A stretch of DNA of 64,000 nucleotides from Dimorphilus gyrociliatus (lineage: Eukaryota; Animalia; Annelida), in contig CAJFCJ010000011.1 of the NCBI GenBank assembly GCA_904063045.1, positions 1,178,001 to 1,242,000 on the forward strand, read 5' to 3'. Below are positions 54,549 to 64,000 of the stretch, in pieces. Made by a program: the position numbers and the translations under genes. Positions within the stretch are counted from its first letter, which is position 1. Each line of letters opens with the position of its first letter. The notes below the pieces were generated by a model. The model made no database searches, was not told where the DNA came from, and worked only from the letters and a program-made list of their open reading frames with translations.

Positions 54549-55075
54549 ATTGAAATTGATTTCACCTTTTAATATTACCTTGATGATGCTTTAAAAATAA
54601 ATTGGTGATGTTTGATGTGCTTTCACAGCATTAAACTGTAGTTTATTTATATTTTAATTATATAATTTATTATTTCTGTAGTTATTTCAAAATTCATCAA
54701 TGAATTGACATTGTAATGGTGATTATCTTCTTTGAAGAAGTTGAATAAACAAAGATGATTCATACAAGTAGAATAGGAATTTATTTCGGTAAATTGGTAT
54801 AAAATTAACATTCATAAACAACAATTTTTCTACTAATATTTTCAGAAAGGGATTTTTTATGTAGCCTATATAAGTTTAGGATAAAAGCTATTTCATATAT
54901 TTAAGCAAGTTTCAAGGAATGCTATTGAATGGCTGTTGCAATTGAATAAATATTTTAATCATTATTAGTTTTTAGTAGCATTTATATACTGTATGTATTG
55001 CAAATATTATTATTGATTATATTTGCTATATCTACACTTGTTAGTTATTTTATGCTTAATTGAGAAGAAATTAAC

Positions 55076-55875
55076 TTATTGTATATATTTAAATATAATT
55101 ATTGAAAATACGAAAAGTGATGTATTAATAACATTGGTTTCGGAGTCACTACCGGGCATTCCTTTGGCTTGTACCTTAATTTTTGAAATACAAGAGCTCT
55201 TGGTTTGCCCTCCATTGCCTGGGCCTGTGATTTCATTATAATTGTTATAATTTTTTTATTATGACTAAAACAGTATTAAATATATAATACTCACATCTAC
55301 TAATAGTAGACCAAGAGTTGGAGACTTTAATATAGTTCTCTATTGAATTACAATGCTTGAGAGAGTTTTGTTTGCAGTACCATAGAGGACATTCTGATGA
55401 ATACGGCATACCGTTACAATTTCTTAAGTGACATTGGCAATCTGTTATACATATATAGATATATCTATAAACTGTATTTATACGATACTAGCTAAGAAAT
55501 TGACAACCTTCTTTGCAAAAGTTGATGAAAAATGTCTTTAAATCTTCAAAATCTTCTAATTCGCAGCTATGCTTAATTATCGTTAAACATTTCAATTGCT
55601 TTGTATAGGCTTGACATAATTTGTCTGCGTTAAAACCGTTGATCTTTATCGGGCGTACATCTCTAGATAAATTATCATTGCAGAGTGCTTTCTGATAATT
55701 GCAATCCCTTTTAGATCTGCTTAATAGGTTTAATCGTTTAGAGGAAACCATCGTAAACAAACAGTTAAACGTGTAAATAAACACAACTGGAAATAGTAAA
55801 ATATAAATTATAATTATTGTTACTACTGCAAAAGATAAACTTACTTAAAAACAGCAAATGAGAAAATTTGATCAT
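55076..55875 (-). CDS. Small secreted Cys-rich, probably GPI-anchored protein (~200 aa)
   Basis: Four exons join in frame: signal MIKFSHLLFLIVFIYTF.., furin site RSKR, C..C..LCQAYTKQLKCLTIIKHSC helical Cys pattern, second Cys cluster, C-terminal GSDS..TSLFVFSIIIFKYIQ*. Confidence 0.6.
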
Positions 55876-56379
55876 ATTTTTAAAATTGTTGTGGAAGGTT
55901 TAGCTTTGTAGAAGTGAATAAGGATTAGATATTTTTATTTTTATTAATATACTTTTAGTGATTGGCCTATAATCTTTCTATAGGTTAACTAGATTCGATT
56001 GTTTTCCATTCATATATATGGACAGAGAGAAAATAGGTTGTTCATTCAATACAGAGATTTAAATAAATGGGCTAACAATCAATTTCGAAATATAGCCAGA
56101 AGGATTAATTTCATTGTTTGAGAACGAAAGTAGAAAAAAAATTTCCATTCAGAGTTGCTTCACTTTCTAAGAGAGTAAAACAAAAGATAGACAACATAGC
56201 TTATTGTTCTTTTACTAGATTAATATTGTATTTAGTAGGAATTTAATTATGATAATCTTAACACTAACATAAACTGAAATCAAATTCTTGAACAAGTGCA
56301 TAATAAGCAAATAACGGAGTGCAATACATAGATTTAATCTCTTTTTGTCAATCACTTATATCAACTTGCATACACTACA

Positions 56380-56410
<31 letters not shown>

Positions 56411-56599
56411 CGAAGAATGGACTATCTACATAGATTATGATATTCAGTTAAAGGTATGGTATTATTGTAAATTTATCTTAAAATTCAAACTTGTTTATGT
56501 AATTTTATACTAATAGAGAAATCTCTTACAAGTGTAATTCACTCTTTGCATGTCCTTTTGTAATTTTCTTCATTTATGAATAATTTCCATACTATTTAA

Positions 56600-59500
56600 A
56601 TGATTTTGATATATTTACAAATTTCTACTTACTTTCTCTTATTAAATATTATCAATTGTCAACATTACAAGCCATTTTGTCCAAGATTCAATAAGGCTAT
56701 ATCACTTAATGAAACTATTGTTAACTTTTCAAAGATATTAAGAGAAGATGAATATTCTGAATTTGGAATTGCTCAAATATCATATCAGTCTAATAATTTT
56801 CTTGTCTCAAAACATTTAAAGCAGATGCGTTTAAACTTTTCATTATATTTCTGTAATTCTTTAGGATATGATAATATGCATGCGGAATATTTTACATGTC
56901 CACGTATTCGCTGTAAGTAGAATACATTTCTTTATAAAAAAAAATCAATTTTGAACACTGAATAAAACAAATAAAAACAGATAAATTTCGATATTCAATA
57001 CATTGCGATAAAAATCACAAGGATATATCAAAATGTACTATGTTTGTATACTTTAAATAATCTAATAGAAACAAACAATTTCTATTTATAGTTAATTAAT
57101 ATACAGAAAATCGGAAATATGTAGAAATTCTTATATCTTTTTTGATACTCTATGCATTAAATGTTTTAAAAAATCAAGGCATTGTAAAGAAAGTTAAGAA
57201 TCTCTTAAATTTTGAATATATTAATAATTTATTCAGATTTTTTTACATCCAAATTAATGAATTACACTGTTTATTCAAGATATCAGAATAGAAATTATCT
57301 TTATTGTAAAGCTAATAATGAATTAAAAACCGATATTTGTTCAAAAATTCTTCATTTGAATAGCTTAAATATTAGAGGAATAACTAATAAAATGTGGTTT
57401 ACCAAATCTAATAATTCTTTTATATTCAATTATAATGATAATCAATTATGCTTATTAATCATATGCGATAATATACTTGATTTAACAAGGGAAATTTTTG
57501 ATAGTGAAATTTATCTTTATGGGAGTAAATCGATGAGTGGTTTTAGTTTTCAGAGACTTATCCTCATTCTAGGACATTATGGACCGTTACCTATAAAATT
57601 CGACAATGATATGGATTTTAGAAGAGCTGGAAATTTATTATGTTTAAAAAAAAATGTAAATTCCGCTGCTCTTGATTATCAAATATTTTGTGGAAGTCCA
57701 CCGTTTAGAAGTCTACAATATAAAGATGATTTAAATATTAAATTTCATTGTTCAATTATGGCGGAAACTACAAAAGACTGTGAATTAAGATATATAAAAT
57801 CAAATGAAAGAGTTAGAATAGTTTGTTCGAATCGTTGCGAAAATTTACGAACAAATGTTAAAGGTATTTTTTGATTTATTCGTAATTTTTACTAAGATTC
57901 AATTGTTTTTTAAAGATTTCCAATTGAGAATTTATCGGGATACTAGAGATTTTCTTTTCAATAATTCAAAAAATAAGCCTACACTATTTTTTGGTGACCT
58001 TCATGTTTCAATTAAAAATCGATGGTTTAAAGTTGTTTATGATATGTTTGATAACAGATTGAATAAAGTATTTATTAAAATTCTTGATAGATAACTTTTT
58101 AAAACCTAACCAACCTCTTTTTTCTTTTACATTTTCAATGAAGATAATATGTAATCATTTCAAATACACTCATAGTTCTATATTAATTTACAAAATAAAA
58201 TTAACAAGCTATATATACGATTCACAATTTGTTTTTTATTTGTATTGTGAAAAGAATGTGACTTCAATTGAGAGTTGTTCTTTGAAAGTGAAAAAAATGA
58301 TATATTCTAAGAATAGTATTGCTATTTTTTGCGAAAATTTACCTGCAGAAGGTACGAATTATTAATGTTTTTAATATTCTACATCCGGTTCTCTCTTTCG
58401 AGCTTATAGAACCATCTATCAACTGTCCTGACGAAAAGATGACGAACGCTTTTGGCAGTTGTTATTTAGTATTAAAGCATTCTGTAAAGAAATCATACGA
58501 ATATCTAAAAGAGGATTGCGCTATAAGAAACATGACCTTAGTGGGAATTTCTTCAATATTCGAAGCTCAAATATTATTTGGAGCTATTTTACATAATTTG
58601 AAAACTTTTCAAATGATTACTAATAATAAAGGTTATATTTTAATAACAAACAATTCAATAATAATTGAATTTTTATTAATTAACTTAGAATTGAATAGAG
58701 AAATTTTTCGTATTCCTGTTGGTGAGATATTGAAACATTTTATAGATTAATACTATATTTCGTGTTATTTACTATCTAAATTAATTACAAATTGATTAGG
58801 TGTTGAAGGTAGACAATCAAAATTTAATAAAGAAATTATGACAACAACAGATGGTGTTCCTTTAACAATAACTGGAACTTTCTATTTTAATTCATTGTTA
58901 GATTTGTCTTGTATTTTAATGATAAAATGATTATTTTCCATTATTACCATTTTATTAGATTTGACGAAAAAAAACCTTGTTTAGAGCACGATTATATTAA
59001 ACAAATATCAAATTGGCAACCAAATAGTAAATGTGTAGGATTCTCTCCAAATGGTTTAGTTCGTGTATCGTGTAATTATAATCTATATAGAATTTCAATA
59101 TGTGAAAAACGAATAGGTAATTTTAATTGTTTTATATATAAACCATTTAACATTTCTATTGAATAATTTAGGCATGAAAATTGATTTTATTCAAGTAAAA
59201 AATTCATTAGGAAATCTTCAAAGACAATTTCAATGTTCATCAAATCTATTTAAATGTGAAATAGAGAATTTCTGTATTAATATCTTTTACGTTTGCGATG
59301 GCATTGATGATTGTCTTAATGGGAATGACGAATTGAATTGTACTAATAAAGCATATAGATTCTTATGTAATAGTGGAGAATTTATAAATGTAAAATTAGT
59401 TTGCGATTTTCTATTCGATTGTCAAGACGGAAGTGACGAAATAGATTGTGGTTCGTTTTAAATATTTGTGTTTATCTATTCTTTATATTTAATTAATGTT

Positions 59501-61532
59501 AATATATTCTCAATAAGGTCGACATTGTACAGATGAAAGAGAGTATAGATTATTGTTTTAATGAAAGATTATAACGGCTAAATACTCAAATACTCTTTCC
59601 AGACATAAATGTACAAATGGACAATGTATTAATGAAAGCCAAGTATGCGATAACGAAAGAAATTGTATTGATTTTTCCGATGAGGAATGTTATCCACGTA
59701 ATTTTTAATACTTCTTTACTAAAATCTCTATTAAACAACTATTAAATTCTATACTTGTTAGCTTGTAAAGAGAAACAATATTTATGCGATGCTAAATGCG
59801 AATCTCTAATAAATTTATGCGATTTAAACGTCAATTGTAGAACTTCCCAAACGATGGACGAATCATTTGGTGTTTGTACATCATTACATCATAAAAATTA
59901 CTATTTAAAGAAATCAAAGTGTTTAAATAATCTATTAATCGCTAATCTAAACTATAGGAGAGCTTTCTTAAATATGTTAATCTCTAATAATAAATGTACT
60001 ATTAATTATGACACAACTGGAAATCTATTAAATAAAGCAAATTTTCCTTTTAATGATCTGAAAAATTGTATTAAAATTGTATGCAAGAAATATGAATATA
60101 AATGTTTTAACGTTGGTTATTGTATTACCATTGATTTAATATGCGATGGAATATCTCATTGCATATTTGGAGATGATGAAGAAAATTGCGGTATGATCTA
60201 TATGTCCTTGTTTCCTTAATTAAAAAAAAAATGACTAATTTAATATATATTAAATTAAACATAGCAAATTTTCAACCTATTGGTGTTTTTAAATGTAGAA
60301 GAACCTGGAATTTTTTGCAGTTTGATAAATTATGCGATAGTAATATTGATTGTTTATACGGAGATGATGAATTATACTGCAATATTAGTAATGAGTGTTT
60401 TACTAATTGCAAATGTAGAAATTATTTTGAGATGATATGCATTCTTTCACCAAATATGAGTAGTATAGTATTACCTGATACAGTAAAGATATTTACTATG
60501 CATAATGCTGTTAATTCATTACGTCTATTCCTACAAATTCTACCAAATATCGTATATTTAGACTGTTCTAAAGGATTTTTAACGTATTTTCCATATTTAA
60601 ATCATTACAATTTAGTTTATTTAAGTCTCGAAGATAACAATATTCAAACATTGTCAGTAGAGAAGAGAAATTGTCTAATGAAGAAAATACAACATCTAAA
60701 TCTTAAAGATAATCCATTAGATAATATTGAAAGGGAATTTTTTAAATGCTTTAAAACTCTATTAAATCTTGATCTATCTAACGCAAAACTAAATGCAATT
60801 GCTAAAGATACTTTTATTGGATTAGAGAATTTAAAGAGAATAGTAATATTGAATAGTAGAATATCAAGTATTGATGATAATGCATTTCTTCCATTTCAAA
60901 ATCTTAATACTCTACATTTAAATGGAACTATATTTTTAAGTAAATTGCCAATTTCAATGGCTAATTACTTGCCAAAATTGAAATATTTCTATAGTAATTT
61001 CTTTCTATTGTGTTGTATGACAAAGAAAATTTCCAAAACATTAATTCAATGTTCACCGTCGACTTCTCTTATTAAATCATGTTCCCATTTGTTAGGATTT
61101 TTAATCTTAAAGATAGTTATATGGTTTATAGCTTTATCTTGTCTATTTGGTAATTTGATTGCATTATATTTAAAAGTTGCTTATTTCAAAAAATCCATTC
61201 ATATTTGTTTTATTGGATTAACAATTTCCGATTCAATTACTGGACTTTATCTACTCGTATTAGGTTCAGTTGATAGATATTTCGGTTCGGAATATACTAA
61301 AAACGATATGTTATGGAGAAATAGTACTTTATGTAAAATATCTGGTGTTTTCTTAAATACAGCTCTATTAGCTTCAAATTTATTTATGGTAGTTATAACT
61401 ATGGATAGGTTAATTATTATAAAATATCCATTTAAAAGATATTACTTAAGCACTATAAATTCCATTTTAATTACATTCTTCGTTTTTGCTCTTTCAATAA
61501 TATTATCAATAATTCCATTAATAATAACATCT
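56600..61532 (+). CDS. GRL101-like LDLa-LRR receptor with SRCR-like and C-type-lectin-like N-terminus; only TM1-TM4 visible
   Basis: Signal peptide at 56600; CTL-like [14 protein letters not shown]; several LDLa repeats (CDG..DC..G.DE..C); LRRs; [27 protein letters not shown]. The exon ends at donor GTAAGT at 61533. Confidence 0.75.
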
Positions 61533-61583
61533 GTAAGTTTTGATATTTTTCAATCTTTCAATACTTTTATCTTTTATTATTAA

Positions 61584-64000
61584 TTTTTTTTAAAATTTAT
61601 AATAATCCTTATTAAATTAACTAAAATTTGCTTTGTTTATTGTTCTTTAAATGAGAATTCTGTCTTTAGTAGTCGCCAATTAAATATTAATCTAACTAGT
61701 CTATTAAGGGAAGATCAAGAAGGAACAACAGCATTGTTATCCGGATGGATAGATGGAGAAGAATATTTTATTGATGAGGAAACAACAAAGTATACTATAG
61801 GATATAAGGCATACGCTATGTTTAACTACGAATTTCGAAGTTTAATATGTAAATCGAATGGATACGATAGTTATTTTCATTATTTAACTACATTACCAAA
61901 CATGAAAGGTATACAATATTTAAATTCTAACGGATGTTACACCTTGAACTTTGAATTTTAAAAAAGTTAATAGAATTTTAATACCGTTTTGTGAAAGGAA
62001 ATTTTGGAAAACCTGCGGATTGTTGGTTAAAAATATTTAATTATAAGAATATTTAATATTCAAATTAGTCAACTTTTAGTAAAATTCAATACAATGATAG
62101 AATATCTGAAAAAAGTCTTGTAGCATTAAAATGCTTTAAAATATCTAACGGATGTAAATATATGATAAAACAAGATATTCTTTCTTCTCTTAATAATAAC
62201 AACTTCAACAGATCTTTTCCATATGATGGGCTACAATAAATTTATTCCTAGATATAAAACTTGCTATAGAATTAACAATGAAATATATTTAATATGTCCG
62301 ACATCGTCAAAATTTACTTCGATTTGCGATAATGTTCATCAATTAGACTATTTTTACGGTAAACAACCGTTAAATAAAACATTTTGCTTTGATTTATACA
62401 ATTATAAATTGAATAAATCAAATCCTGGAACGATTATCCGCAATAGTTTTTCCTGTTTTCGACGAAATTATATTGTTCATCCAAGTAAGTTGATAACATT
62501 TTACTTATATTTATTAATATAATATCAATATATTGTATATCTATCTACATAAAGAATTTAAACTTGAAAGACTTGAAGCTTATTTCTTTAAATATAAATT
62601 TAAAGAAAGATCACCTTTTCAATTGACTCCGCTTGTTACAACTACTTTTGGTCCTCAAGTAATCAACTTTCAAAGGAATGAATCCATTTTACGAATAGCA
62701 TCTTTAACCTGTTCATATTTTTCAATGAAACTTGAACAAACACTTCCTAATCTTTGTAAATCAAACAAAATAATAAACTATTTTGTTTCTATTGCTGTTA
62801 AGGAACTTATTTTCGTTTGCGATTCTAAAGCAAAAGCTTTAGACGATTGCTCTATGAGACCTACGAATATTGGCGAAAAACTTTTAGCAATTTGCTCTTT
62901 AACTTGCTTACCAATTAACAATCGATCAGAAGCCTGTTGTTAATTAATTCGAATTATAAAAACCTATTAAAAAACAGTATATTATTCTTTTACCGTTTAT
63001 TTTAGATAATGAATTATCTCTACTAACATTAAATAAGACTATTATTGATAAAATTTCAATGCAATTTTATCCTACTATCAATTCCCAATTGGTTATTTTA
63101 TCAAATAATTTATGGTATTTTGTTGATATTCCTTATTTGGACTATTTCCATGGAAAAGTTTGTCTATATTTATAGAATTTCTATTATTAATTAATTTACT
63201 TAATTAACAAAATTATTATATAAAATATTAGATTATCTGCAAATACTTTGGATACGATTTTGCTGGCTATTCTTATCAAAATAGTAGTATAAATATCTTT
63301 AGCGAAATTCGTTATAGATTATATTGTCTGGAAAATTCAACTGATCTACTGCAATGTAAATTCATAAGATTAAAGGACGGAAACAATCAACTCTACTTTA
63401 AATATTTTCTTAGCTGTTCATCTCTTCCTATTTTTAATCGTAAATATGATCATATTCCATCATATATGAGAAATGTTCAAGTTTCTTATTGTATCTTAGA
63501 TTGTCTATATAAGAATAGTTATACTTTTAATAGTAAATGTTATACAAAACATCACGTCCCGGAGAGAATTACACAAATTCAAGCGGAAAAAGTATGTAAG
63601 AAAATGAATGGTACCCTCGTTACAATTGATACAGAGGATGAAAAAACAGTTTTATCATTAATAACTAGATCAGAAAAGAATACAAAATTTGGTATATATG
63701 TATATATATTGTATATATCTTGCATTTACACGTAATTCTTATTACTTTAGGTGGAGATCAGAACTTTTATGATCCAGTACCAATAGGTTAATCTTTATAT
63801 ATATATATAATATGGGTATTAATACTCTTAATTGGTTTCAAGGAATTACAATACAGAAGAATTCCAATAATATTTCATTTTTAGCTAGTACATTCAAATA
63901 TCCACTCTATCTTATTTTTTCACATTCCACTAGCATATTCAGGTTTATCTTTGTCTTATTTTCTCTTAACACACTCTATTAATCTTCCATTAAAATGTAA
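61584..64000 (+). CDS. Partial tandem paralog of the preceding receptor ectodomain (SRCR-like repeats + CTL), continues beyond window
   Basis: NLTSLLRED/ICKSNGYD match [17 protein letters not shown]; TTFGPQVINF..LTC matches [13 protein letters not shown]; IICKYFGYD matches IICNHFKYT; CTL-like CYTK..AEKVCKKMNGTLVTID. No in-frame ATG found. Confidence 0.6.

Noticed and set aside
1-64000. tRNA, rRNA or snRNA genes
   Set aside because: No cloverleaf or conserved rRNA/snRNA motif recognised by eye; a covariance-model scan (tRNAscan-SE, Infernal) would be needed to exclude them.

Overview
AT-rich metazoan genomic DNA with very short GT-AG introns (mostly ~55-95 nt). Gene content (GRL101-like and FMRFamide-like GPCRs, ITIH-type domains) suggests a compact-genome lophotrochozoan such as a meiofaunal annelid; this is inference, not an identification. 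All exon structures were assembled by hand. Two inverted copies of a one-intron ADAMTS-like metalloprotease gene (10280-12585 minus; 52243-54548 plus) are almost identical from codon 10 to the last codon but diverged in both flanks, which suggests gene conversion. They bracket a ~40-kb paralog cluster containing (i) seven divergent ZYG-11/ZER1-like BC-box-LRR genes and (ii) four secreted proteins made of 3-4 Calx-beta-like repeats fused at a GDPH motif to an inter-alpha-trypsin-inhibitor heavy-chain C-terminal domain, with no VIT or vWA domain. The second family is the best candidate for an undescribed system: a possible autoprocessing, covalent matrix-attachment module. The window also holds an FMRFamide-receptor-like GPCR, a probable GPI-anchored Cys-rich protein, and a GRL101-like receptor whose 7TM stops after TM4 and runs directly into a paralogous ectodomain. 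Weaker calls are a micropeptide gene and decayed gypsy-like and Helitron-like fragments. No rRNA, tRNA or CRISPR array was recognised.
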